Shown piece after piece: positions 53,051-64,000 of a DNA stretch of 64,000 nt. The DNA is from Tubiluchus corallicola. Its lineage: Eukaryota > Animalia > Priapulida. Under the pieces are notes generated by a model that saw only the letters and a program-made list of their open reading frames with translations, was not told the origin of the DNA and searched no databases. Within the stretch, counting starts at the first letter, position 1, and every line of letters begins with the position of its first letter. A program made the position numbers and the translations under genes. The stretch is taken from NCBI GenBank assembly GCA_030141605.1, contig JAQGDQ010001077.1, forward strand, positions 850 to 64,849, read 5' to 3'.

Positions 53051-54251
53051 ATTTCTGCAGTTTTGTATTGTCTGCAATTGCATGGATAATCATCGATTAT
53101 CGATCACTGTACCTTTGTACAACATTTAAATTCGTTATCAAGTCTACGTTTGTGTTGACCCCCAGGGCTTTCTTATTGATCTTTCAACTAGTTTCCTCTA
53201 AAATGTTGAAGAAAATGATCTGTTGGGCGTCCTTTCCATTTTCACTGCACTTTGATTTCTATTAAATGAGATTTGTTGCTGTTGCATACTAATTACAAGT
53301 TAAAAATGAATTTAAAATTTAGGCCTATTCAGCAGTTATGTTTATTTTTTTATTTTATTTTTCAATTTAGCTGGTTAAAACATGCAGTTAAAACTAATTA
53401 CACGGACAAAGGATTACTAAAACACGCAAAAATAAAAAAAATCAAAATATTGTTTATATGTAATAATACCATTTGCATAAATAAAACTACATGCATTATT
53501 TTGACATGGCATTGACATTTCATGTCAGACTATGCTTGAGAGAATATAAACATGAGGTGCTTGTCATCAAGTTTTCCCATTAAACAATATTATAAAGAAA
53601 AGTTGTTCTGTTTAGGGCTTAACATTTCCCTTATCTGGCTTCATTTCCATACATATAGAGTCACTGTTATTAATGCGGGTCGTAAAAGCACTGTCGCTTT
53701 GTGATAACGAGTCGACGGACACCGGCAGTAATTACGTAAACATGGATAGTGTCCTGACTTCTGATACGCAAAATGGAGCGTGTGCATTTAACTGCTCCCT
53801 TCTGGGGATTAGAGAAATTGCAGGCACATTTTGCCAGAGAATGTAATAATTGCCTTGCAGGGCAAACCGTACTGAGGGGGTTACTTTAGAGGGCGCGTGC
53901 ATAATATTTGGGAAAGCCACTTAGTATTACTTATGTTAGTGAAGTTAATTTAGGATCTTCACCACCAGTGCTCTGTCATGTTGCGCGTTAACGTGCTTAA
54001 CAGTTTGAATAGTTCATCATGTCAGAGCATGCGGGTTAAATCATGTTTGCAGAAAGAACACCTTGTATTATTTTTGGCTGAAGGTAATTTTATCCATCAG
54101 AAAGACCGTGCCAAGTCCGAGATTATGATAGCTCGAATTCACAAGTATTAATTCAAATGTAGTTCAAAGATAAAAGTCTGCGCAGAAATGGAAACAGTGT
54201 TCTGACATTTTTTCCCCTTTGATAAAAGCGTTTGGCTCATCTATAGCCACC

Positions 54252-55358
54252 TTAAAAGAAAGGCCAAGTCTTCTGGGAAGTTAGGCTTATTTCAATGTTC
54301 GGAAAAAATGTTAGGGTTTAGCAATAAACGTGCGATAGGCGTCTCGTGCAATTAGTAAAATCCTTTGAAGTGGCGATAATTTCACGCTTGGGGGTCCCAT
54401 TTTGTGTCTTTTTTCACCAATAACATCATTCATTAACTGATGACATGCAGCTCACTGCCAATTTTCGTCAAAAGATATAGTAAAGGTTTGTAAAATACAA
54501 AGATATTGTAAAAGCTAGATGATAAATTTATGTGCTCTATAAACAGTTTATGGACAGTGACCCAAATCCTTAGTTTTTGTATTTTGTTGTTGGGGGATAA
54601 CTGAAAAAAAAACTAAGACTCTGCCAAGTTGCACCTGCTCGTCATGAAACTTCACTTGGATATATTTGTATGAATTCTACACCGCTTGACAGAGCCAGAT
54701 TTTCGATCTGCCATTTTGAATCAAAGATGGCGGAGAGAACATTATTTTCAAAAAAGCCTAAGGTTTCAGGAATTCGAAACAGATCGTCGTGAAAGTTTAC
54801 AGGAATGTACTAGATCAAACTACGCATTGACTGATGGAGTCAGATTTTTGATTTGCCATTTTGAAATCAAGATGGCGGCGATAACATCATTTTCGAAAGC
54901 AGCCCATGGCTCCATCAGTTCACAGCGTATCGTCACGGAACTTGATATGAGTATATTAGAATGATTTCTGTGTTGATTAGCAGAGTCGATTTTCGATCTG
55001 CCATGGTGAATTCTAAAAGGCAGCTATGACGTCATTTTCAAAAAAGCCTATGGCTCAACCAGTTCGCAGTGGATTGCCAGCAAACTTTATAGGAAAATGG
55101 TAGTGTAAATTTTCCACCAATTGCTCTAGTCATAAATTCGATTTACCATCTTGAATGCAAGGTGACAGCATTGATGCCATTTTCTAAAAACCTAAGCATA
55201 TGAATGGATTTACTAGAATGAAATTCACGTCTATTGACGGAGCCAGATTGATGGAGTCGAACTTGTTTTGCTAATTTCTTTGTTGTATTTTTTCCAAGTT
55301 TAAGTGATAACGAGTAAAAATAACACCAGTACGCCATGTGACGTGTCCTTTCCTTTAA
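54252..55358 (+). mobile_element. TTAA-flanked Kolobok-like element, copy 3, with an internal degenerate ~145-bp repeat
   Basis: TTAA|AAGAAAGGCCAAGTC ... GACGTGTCCTTTCCT|TTAA imperfect TIRs; internal gattttcgatctgccattttg...aagatggcgg units near 54698, 54843, 54988, 55138. Confidence 0.7.
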
Positions 55359-55654
55359 AATGTTATTGTTTATGTACGAAATGAAAAATGTATTTGTAGC
55401 AGGTTTACATAACATTTTTTTTCAATTTGTCAGTTCATCTAATTGTTACGTTTTTTTTCTTTTTCATGCGTTCCTTCATCTCGTTCTGTTGGATGATTAA
55501 GGTAAGTGATTTTTGTTGTATTAGTTTATTGGCGAGGTAATTACTAAATTTATTGTCAGCGTTAGGGTTAGGGTTAGATGACTTTTCGACATCTAACTTC
55601 CTAATGTTGAAGGTTCTGTTCTAGAATGGCTGATGCTCTAGAATATAGAAGATG

Positions 55655-56162
55655 TATGAGTTACTTTTGTTCTTGAGTTACTCCTGGGAAGAATCTTCCA
55701 GTTGTTACATTTGTCAAGATTGTCTCTATCTTTTGTCAGCATCCCGTTAGCCTGCATGTGAACAAAGGTCGGTTGATAGGTTACTTGTGTTTTTGAGTTA
55801 CTCCTGGGAAGAATCTTTCAAGTTGTCTCTATCCATTGTCAGCATCCCGTTAGTCTGCATGTGAACAAAGGTCAGTTGATAGGTTACTTGTGTTCTTCAA
55901 TTACTCAATATTATTGTTATGTACCATATGGGAAGAATCTTTCAAGTTGTTACATTTGTTAAGATTGTCTCTATCTTTTGTCAGCATCCCGTTAGCCAGC
56001 ATGTGAACAAAGGTCAGGTGATAGGTTACTTGTGTTCTTCAATTACTCATTATTATTGTTATGTACCATATGGGAAGAATCTTCCTGTTGTTACATTAAT
56101 CAAGATTGTCTCTATCCTTTATCAGCATCCCGTTAGCCTGCATGTGAACAAAGGTCGGTTGA
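55655..56162. repeat. Diverged ~110-140 bp tandem repeat, 4 copies
   Basis: gggaagaatctt...gtcagcatcccgttag...catgtgaacaaaggtc repeated. Confidence 0.9.
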
Positions 56163-56635
56163 ACATTATTCCCCGTCTTTAAAACTTCCTTGCTTTAGCA
56201 CATTTGCAACAAGGGCATCAGGGAAAAATATAGTCTTGTTGACAAAAGACTTGGCGTTGAGGACTCACCAGAAATTTCAATAATGTTTCCTGTTACAGTA
56301 TAGGCCGCGGCAACACAATCTGCCACCGATCACGAGATCAATAAGAGAATTTGTTCTGCTTAGCAATAGATTTTCAGCGTGAAAAGGCGATGAGCAAACC
56401 TACCCAGGCGGCCACATGTTTCTAAAGGATTGTGCGTTGCATCTTATGGGAAATTAGAAGCAGCAATGTAAAGCTTTGGACGGGTTTTTTGCCAAAGTGA
56501 TTTGCATTATTAAAACATAGCGATTCAGAAAAGAAATAGTTGTTTTTCGAGAGGGTTTGGGAAATTCGTTGACTTTAAATGTGCTTGCCAATTCTTAGCA
56601 ACGTTAATTCACCAAATTTATGCTATTTCTATGTA

Positions 56636-57051
56636 GAATGACCTAAACGAGTGTAGTAGTCCAAACGAATCGACCTAAACGAGTGTAGTAGTCCAAGCGA
56701 ATCGACCTAAACGAGTGTAGTAGTCCAAGCGAATCGACCTAAACGAGTGTAGTAGTCCAAACGAATCGACCTAAACGAGTGTAGTAGTCCAAGCGAATCG
56801 ACCTAAACGAGTGTAGTAGTCCAAACGAATCGACCTAAACGAGTGTAGTAGTCCAAGCGAATCGACCTAAACGAGTGTAGTAGTCCAAGCGAATCGACCT
56901 AAACGAGTGTAGTAGTCCAAACGAATCGACCTAAACGAGTGTAGTAGTCCAAACGAATCGACCTAAACGAGTGTAGTAGTCCAAACGAATCGACCTAAAC
57001 GAGTGTAGTAGTCCAAACGAATCGACCTAAACGAGTGTAGTAGTCTAAGCG
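56636..57051. repeat. 32-bp minisatellite, 13 copies
   Basis: gacctaaacgagtgtagtagtccaaRcgaatc. Confidence 0.98.
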
Positions 57052-57702
57052 GACTCAAGTCCAGTGTTAAAAGTCATTGCTAGAGATAGGAAATTCAGGG
57101 CTTGACTGTCTGTCCAAAAATGAGAATTCTTACAATCAGTTTACTAGTTATGGAGGCATCTGTTGGTGTTTCTCTTAAATCTGTCTCCTATCTTCAACTT
57201 GTTTAAGTTTAAATGCAATTAAGAAGGAAAACAAGTCAGTTCCACTGGTTAGATCCCCTGGTTAGGTGGAGGGTTTATTAATAGATGTCTGTCCTGTCTT
57301 TAGAGTTCTGTGGGTAAAATTATGTAATGCAGCAGCAAAACGCTATGGCAGATGTGGTTGCAGGTAGCCAGGTAACCATGCTAGGTAGGAGATACGTTAA
57401 CTTAGTGTATAGGGTTAGAACTCATATTTTCGAGAACAGGTATTTTTTGGATATGTTTTCTACAAGTCTCTTCTGGAAGCTGCTGCTTCTGTTTAAGGTC
57501 TTCTTAGTTATTACCAGTAAATTGATTCGTAAATAGTTAGTATTTTGAATTACAGAGATGTTTAAGAGAATTTTCCAATTTTGTTGACGTAATGATAAAA
57601 CAGATAAAACAGGCTTAATGCAGATACGGATCTTCGGTGAGTGAATGATTCATTGGATCTTCGTTTACTGAGGTCGTGTGACGTATCAGCCCAGGTGTGG
57701 GT

Positions 57703-58272
57703 GCAGGTGCTTGGTCAAGGTCAGAGCAGCCGAATTGAATCGTTAGTGTATAGCGCCCGGCAGGTGCTTCGTCAAGGTCAGAGCCGCCGAATTGAAACGT
57801 TAGTGTACAGCGCCCGGCAGGTACTTCGTCAAGGTCAGAGCAGCCGAATTGAAACGTTAGTGTACAGCGCCCGGCAGGTACTTCGTCAAGGTCAGAGCAG
57901 CCGAATTGAAACGTTAGTGTACAGCGCCCGGCAGGTACTTCGTCAAGGTCAGAGCCGCCGAATTGAAACGTTAGTGTACAGCGCCCGGCAGGTACTTCGT
58001 CAAGGTCAGAGCAGCCGAATTGAAACGTTAGTGTACAGCGCCCGGCAGGTACTTGGTCAAGGTCAGAGCAGCCGAATTGAAACGTTAGTGTACAGCGGCC
58101 GGCAGGTACTTCGTCAAGGTCAGAGCAGCCGAATTGAAACGTTAGTGTACAGCGCCCGGCAGGTACTTCGTCAAGGTCAGAGCAGCCGAATTGAAACGTT
58201 AGTGTACAGCGCCCGGCAGGTACTTCGTCAAGGTCAGAGCAGCCGAATTGAAACGTTAGTGTACAGCGCCCG
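57703..58272. repeat. 57-bp GC-richer minisatellite, 10 copies
   Basis: gcaggtacttcgtcaaggtcagagcagccgaattgaaacgttagtgtacagcgcccg; 19-aa period in ORFs on both strands. Confidence 0.98.
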
Positions 58273-59580
58273 AAATTATGTCCTTTTAAGGGCATGTCAA
58301 GTTTTGAAGTTTTGGATACTCGCTTGTTTTCGTATTGAAGCAGCCGGCAGCTCATTGATTCGGATATTCGATGGTTATTCGATGGTTATTCGATGATTAT
58401 TCGATGGCTAGTGTGCGCCGATACATTAAACTTGCAAGGTTGTCCTTATGTTGTTGATAACGAGCTTTAACTGCTCGTGTTATTTATGTAAATGATCGAT
58501 ATTAAATAAAATTTACCTTATCTTATCTTATCTGTTGATACACGTGATAAATGTCTACACACTTTCATTCAAATTCTTGGAGCAGCAATACTAATATCTT
58601 TTTTAAAGTCGGTATTGTTTCGCTTCGTTCCCGAAGTCTGCATTTAACGCCTTGGATTAGAGATTTGGTCGTATAATGCAGATTTCCAGCAATATTTACA
58701 TTTTTGCTTGCGTTCTGTGAAATCATAATCCTGTTTGGAAGGAATATTTGTCATTAAATCTGACTATAAGCCGTCGTAATTGAATGGCAGCCTGTACGTG
58801 AAAGGCTTGTGTGAGCGAGAGCCTCGCGACGTTGTTTTCGGATTGAATGGCACGGATGTTTAATGGCTGTAGCTTTAAGTGCCGGCTTAATGCATGTCAC
58901 TTCAAAATCATATACGTCGTAAATTCGAACGTCTCGAGTCGAAATCGTTCAGACCCGATTATCCGACTTTTGCCGGGAATGGAATGACGTTTCCCGAAAG
59001 TTGTGGTCCACCGTTTGTGTTGTTGATTTGCTTCGGTAATATCACAGTAATGGGTATTTTAGTATCATCGCTCACATATTGGTGATTTGTCTGAGATTTT
59101 CTGTATGCAGGCAGAATGTTATGCAGAGGGAAGTGTGATTCATGATTTATGTAACACCAGCTGTTACGTGTGTAAGCATTTTTATATATAGCATTTGTTC
59201 TGACACTTTTCTAACGTAGTTTTTCCGGAATAAGAAAAAATGGAAGAAATAACATCCCTCATGGAAGTAAGAATAAACGAAAAGTACATCATTTTGTATT
59301 ATTAATTTTATACATCAGTATTCTAAGCATTGTCTACTGCATTCAAGACGTCTAGGTTAGAGTAGTTCCTAAGTTCTGCAGCAGCTCGAGGCCACATACA
59401 TCAACAAAAATACCATATCTGGAATTTTTTACAATATCGGATCGTATCGAATTGATTCCCAAAGTTAAACATGGCATCGGACTGGAAAATACCAATGGTA
59501 GCAATGTACTCGAACAATAATGGTGGGCCTCCAGAGGAGTTTACTGAAACAGCCGAGGTTGTTCCTTAATTGGCTTCTGT

Positions 59581-60118
59581 ATTTGAATTATGAATTATGA
59601 ATTTATTCCACAGCAACTCAAACATACATATAAACTGACATAACATTGAAAAAAACAAATGAACTATGCGAGTTACTGTGAGGAGGAGGAAGAAGCATTG
59701 AGCTTTCTAGTCCTCCTCCAGATAAGTGAAACAATTGACAATTAACATTACATTTTCATCAGTTATAACGTACATTAGAACAAAATAAGTTTTGTTAGTA
59801 ACTTAAGATCAGGATGAGTAAAATTGTGAGTTAATTATACCGTTGTAGTAAGTAATTCTTTGATGGTTTTTTAAATTGATAAAGATTAAGAGTTTTCATT
59901 TCACGCGGAATTGATGACCATATTTTAATAGTATTATATTTTGGTGACTGTTTCGTTATATTTGTTTTTGGAAGGGGGAGTACATAGTTTCCGACTGAAT
60001 ATCTTGTGTAATGATCATGTTGATTGAAACTGGACTAAAGTATGACTAAAAACCTGGTGGAAGTAGTGAATTATGATACTGATACATGAAATGAAGACAA
60101 ATACATGTATAATTTTAT
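59581..60118 (-). mobile_element. 5'-truncated CR1/L2-like LINE 3' fragment
   Basis: Minus strand FMYQYHNSLLPPGF...YTRYSVGNYVLPLPKTNITKQSPKYNTIKIWSSIPREMKTLNLYQFKKTIK; stem-loop ggaggaggactagaaagctcaatgcttcttcctcctcc; tail aataaattcataattcataattc. Confidence 0.85.
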
Positions 60119-60864
60119 TCAGAAGCCAAGCCTTAGGGTTTTCGTATCTGCCTGCACTCATTCAAATCTATGAAAGAGCAGTAGAGATAATCCGCTTCAC
60201 CACAAATAGCTAATTGGCTTTGATTAAACCGTTTTAAACGTGTAACGTAACAACTGTATGCCATTTTATAGCCATGACATCATCCCTGATGTTTACCTAA
60301 ACCTTTTGAGTTATAGTATTTCCCCAAAGTCAAAGCGAAGGTTGTGCGTGAACAAATACTTTGACAGAAAGACAAATGATGGCTGTTTCGCGCATGTTTT
60401 ATTGATGATACTTTGACTTAGTTGTATTTTCTTTGTTCGACGTTTTTCCCGCTTGATCTTATAAGGGAAATCGCAGAACTAATACAGCCGCTTATATCTT
60501 TACCAAGTGGGTGATGAAGTTTGTTGATTTCTGCAAAAAATTGCCGAGGTAGCTGTTATTATTATGGTTCCTTCGTTCATTTCGTTTTCACTATCAGTGT
60601 TGTTTTCTGGGTTTTTTATTTGTTCCTCCATAGCGCAGGTGTGTTCAGCAAGAGCGTACTTAGCGCAGGTGTGTTCAGCAAGAGCGTACAGCTACAGTTT
60701 CGTAATTAATTCAGCTTGCTGTCGCGTTTATTTGAAACTAAAGAAACTTGTTTGGAAATTGTGGAAGTTTAGACTTGTTTTCGTCTTAATCTGTTGGCCT
60801 TGTGAAGCTAGAAATCTTACTCTGTAATACACGGCATGGTTTATTTTGCGAGATCGGATTAAGG

Positions 60865-61229
60865 TGCCATCAAATTTAAAACAAATCAAGTCTTTCGACG
60901 AATTCAAATCAAAATTAAAAATACATACATTAAATCGTTTTGAAAACCGTACATACGTAAACGATAATATATATTCATCCGCAAATTTTATTTACCCACG
61001 TCCATTTTAAATTGTATGTGTATATTGTATATAATCCATTATAATTTCCGTGTAACATTATAATGTATATTTTTGTTTTAAATTTTTGGCACAGTAGTTT
61101 TTAGTTTGTACTGGACGCATTTGCCTTTAACAGTTGTGTGAATTTTATTCTCATGCTGCGATGTTCTTTTATGCTTTTATAGTTATGAATATCGATTTTT
61201 TATGGCAAATAAAGATTATTATATATATA
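60865..61229 (+). mobile_element. Shorter near-identical copy of the 4160-4820 LINE 3' end
   Basis: Aligns to 4457-4810 with few substitutions; same gattattatat tail. Confidence 0.9.
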
Positions 61230-61693
61230 GGTCCATCTTTAAGTGAAATGTGGCACAGGAATTCCTTCCCCTAGCGGGTAATTTTGTTTCCGGGATTAGA
61301 AGTGCACCCTTGTCGCATTATTGTTATTATAATTCTTTATTTTTAAAACGTATGACATCGACCCGTGTCGCGCAGACATGTTTGTGTATGAATTGGATTT
61401 ATCTAAACTTTTTCTCGTGCAAGGTCACGTTTTGCGCGCTTTAATTGCTGTCCTCATATTGTCAATCGATTTCCAGTTTACCTCTATTTGTTCGTCCGAG
61501 GATGAAGATAACAAAGATCCGGATCGGTGATACGGGGGGGGGGGAGAAGCCAGTGGAGAATGTGGACTGAAGCCCTGCAGATCCTTGTTCACAATGAATT
61601 CGTTGTACTTTCATGTTCTATTGTTTTTCGCTTATTAATTTTTTTGACGTTTAAAATCAACGACTGAATTGACGGCATTAAACCAGTAAATTT

Positions 61694-62121
61694 CAGGGTT
61701 GCCACGGTCAGGGAAAATCCTTGACAAATCAGGCTGTCAATGGAAAAGTCAGGGAAAAAGATAATTTGATAAAAAAAGTCGGGAAAATGATGAAAATGGG
61801 GCGAAAAGTCAGCGAAATTGGAAAGGGTTGCAAAATTAATCACCGTGTACCGATATTTTTCCAAACATATTTTTTAGTGATTTGGTTCAAATAAAATTTT
61901 GCTATGACAGGCTCCCAATTTCGACATCTGTTCCAAAAATAATGTTTTCCACATATATCAGTGTATATATATATATATGTGTGTGTATATATGGTCCATA
62001 CACAAAAACGCTCGAATGTGTATACTGGTAATACAATGTCTGCTTATGTTGGTCATGCAAAATCAATATTTGGTCAGCGAAAAGTCAGGGAAATTTATTT
62101 TAAAATTCTGTGGCTACCCTG
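61694..62121. mobile_element. MITE with CAGGGTTGCCAC TIRs (hAT-like termini, no TSD seen)
   Basis: cagggttgccac at 61694 and gtggctaccctg ending at 62121; internal aaaagtcagggaaa sub-terminal repeats near both ends. Confidence 0.75.
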
Positions 62122-62238
62122 AATAACAAATAACCCGGGTATTTGGATTATTCGTCTCGTTCAAGGAGGGTGTTTGTATATTCGAATGTAGCAAAAATTC
62201 TTCTGGTTACAAGACCGGGATTTAGTATGTCATGGTAG

Positions 62239-63513
62239 AAGATTATGTCTCTGATAAAGGAGGTGTGTTCCAGTCCTGCTTCATCCTTCAGCCTTTTCAA
62301 ATTTGAACGTGGGATCTTGAAAGGAAAAGCCCTGTGATCTAGGCCCACCTTTGGGAGATTATGTCTCTGATAAAGGAGGTGTGTTCCAGTCCTGTTTCAT
62401 CCTTCAGCCTTTTCAAATTTGAACGTGGGATCTTGAAAGGAAAAGCTCTGCGACCCCGTCCCACCTTTGGGAGATTACGTCTCTGATAAAGGAGGTGTGT
62501 TCCAGTCCTGCTTCATCCTTCAGCCTTTTCAAATTTGAACGTGGGATCTTGAAAGGAAAAGCCCTGTGATCTAGTCCCACCTTTGGGAGATTATGTCTCT
62601 GATAAAGGAGGTGTGTTCCAGTCCTGTTTCATCCTTCAGCCTTTTCAAATTTGAACGTGGGATCTTGAAAGGAAAGGCTCTGCGACCCCGTCCCACCTTT
62701 GGGAGATTACGTCTCTGATAAAGGAGGTGTGTTCCAGTCCTGTTTCATCCTTCAGCCTTTTCAAATTTGAACGTGGGATCTTGAAAGGAAAAGCTCTGCG
62801 ACCCCGTCCCACCTTTGGGAGATTACGTCTCTGATAAAGGAGGTGTGTTCCAGTCCTGTTTCATCCTTCAGCCTTTTCAAATTTGAACGTGGGATCTTGA
62901 AAGGAAAAGCTCTGCGACCCCGTCCCACCTTTGGGAGATTACGTCTCTGATAAAGGAGGTGTGTTCCAGTCCTGTTTCATCCTTCAGCCTTTTCAAATTT
63001 GAACGTGGGATCTTGAAAGGAAAAGCTCTGCGACCCCGTCCCACCTTTGGGAGATTACGTCTCTGATAAAGGAGGTGTGTTCCAGTCCTGTTTCATCCTT
63101 CAGCCTTTTCAAATTTGAACGTGGGATCTTGAAAGGAAAGGCTCTGCGACCCCGTCCCACCTTTGGGAGATTACGTCTCTGATAAAGGAGGTGTGTTCCA
63201 GTCCGGTTTCATCCTTCAGCCTTTTCAAATTTGAACGTGGGATCTTGAAAGGAAAAGCCCTGTGATCTAGGCCCACCTTTGGGAGATTATGTCTCTGATA
63301 AAGGAGGTGTGTTCCAGTCCTGTTTCATCCTTCAGCCTTTTCAAATTTGAACGTGGGATCTTGAAAGGAAAAGCTCTGCGACCCCGTCCCACCTTGGGAG
63401 ATTACGTCTCTGATAAAGGAGGTGTGTTCCATCCTGTTTCATCCTTCAGCCTTTCCAAATTTGAACGTGGATCTTGAAAGGAAAAGCTCTGCGACCCGTC
63501 ACAACTTTAGGAG
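62239..63513. repeat. 116-bp minisatellite, 11 copies
   Basis: gattaYgtctctgataaaggagg at 62241, 62357, 62473... Confidence 0.97.
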
Positions 63514-63683
63514 GAAGAAGCGCAGGAAACATACCCATTCTAAACTCATTAAAATGCGATCTTATTTTATAATTATCTTAAGTTTTATCGTCTTCATCTC
63601 ATTTGATTATTTTTACGCAGTTGATTGTCTGACATGGGAAAGCAAAGGGCCAGAGAGTCTATATTTTATTAAGTAGTAGTTTA

Positions 63684-64000
63684 GCAATGCAGACTCGTTT
63701 AGTGTTTATGCAATGCAGACTCGTTTAGTGTTTATACAATGCAGACTCGTTTAGTGTTTATGCAATGCAGACTCGTTGAGTGTTTATGCAATGCTGACTC
63801 GTTTAGTGTTTATGCAATGCAGACTCGTTTAGTGTTTATGCAATGCAGACTCGTTTAGTGTTTATACAATGCAGACTCGTTTAGTGTTTATGCAATGCAG
63901 ACTCGTTTAGTGTTTATGCAATGCAGACTCGTTTAGTGTTTATGCAATGCAGACTCGTTTAGTGTTTATGCAATGCAGACTTGTTTAGTGTTTATGCAAT
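63684..64000. repeat. 26-bp minisatellite, runs off the window end
   Basis: gcaatgcagactcgtttagtgtttat. Confidence 0.98.

Noticed and set aside
55561-55577. Telomeric TTAGGG repeats
   Set aside because: Fewer than three units; too short to call an interstitial telomere
56636-57051. CRISPR-like appearance of the 21-43 bp arrays
   Set aside because: Units are head-to-tail with no unique spacers, no cas genes, eukaryotic context

Overview
AT-rich eukaryotic (metazoan, probably invertebrate) non-coding DNA, most likely a large intron or intergenic region. No intact protein-coding gene is recognisable, and the long ORFs in the track are by-products of tandem repeats. The window holds about 25 mutually unrelated tandem arrays (units 21-136 bp, arrays about 0.15-1.5 kb) plus long microsatellites. 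It also holds decayed non-LTR retrotransposon pieces (CR1/L2-like, RTE, RTEX-like) and non-autonomous TIR elements (a TTAA-flanked Kolobok-like family, a GGGGAGACCCGGG MITE and a CAGGGTTGCCAC MITE). The most distinctive single element is a ~530 bp 5S rRNA-headed SINE-like element with an RTE-type body and tail (47060-47590); its body recurs at 1-310. The second notable pattern is that nearly all minisatellites are whole-number amplifications of local sequence, several of them inside TE remnants. Two weak candidate exons (13417-13525, 24203-24365) are flagged at low confidence. All family assignments come from motif recognition by eye, not database searches.
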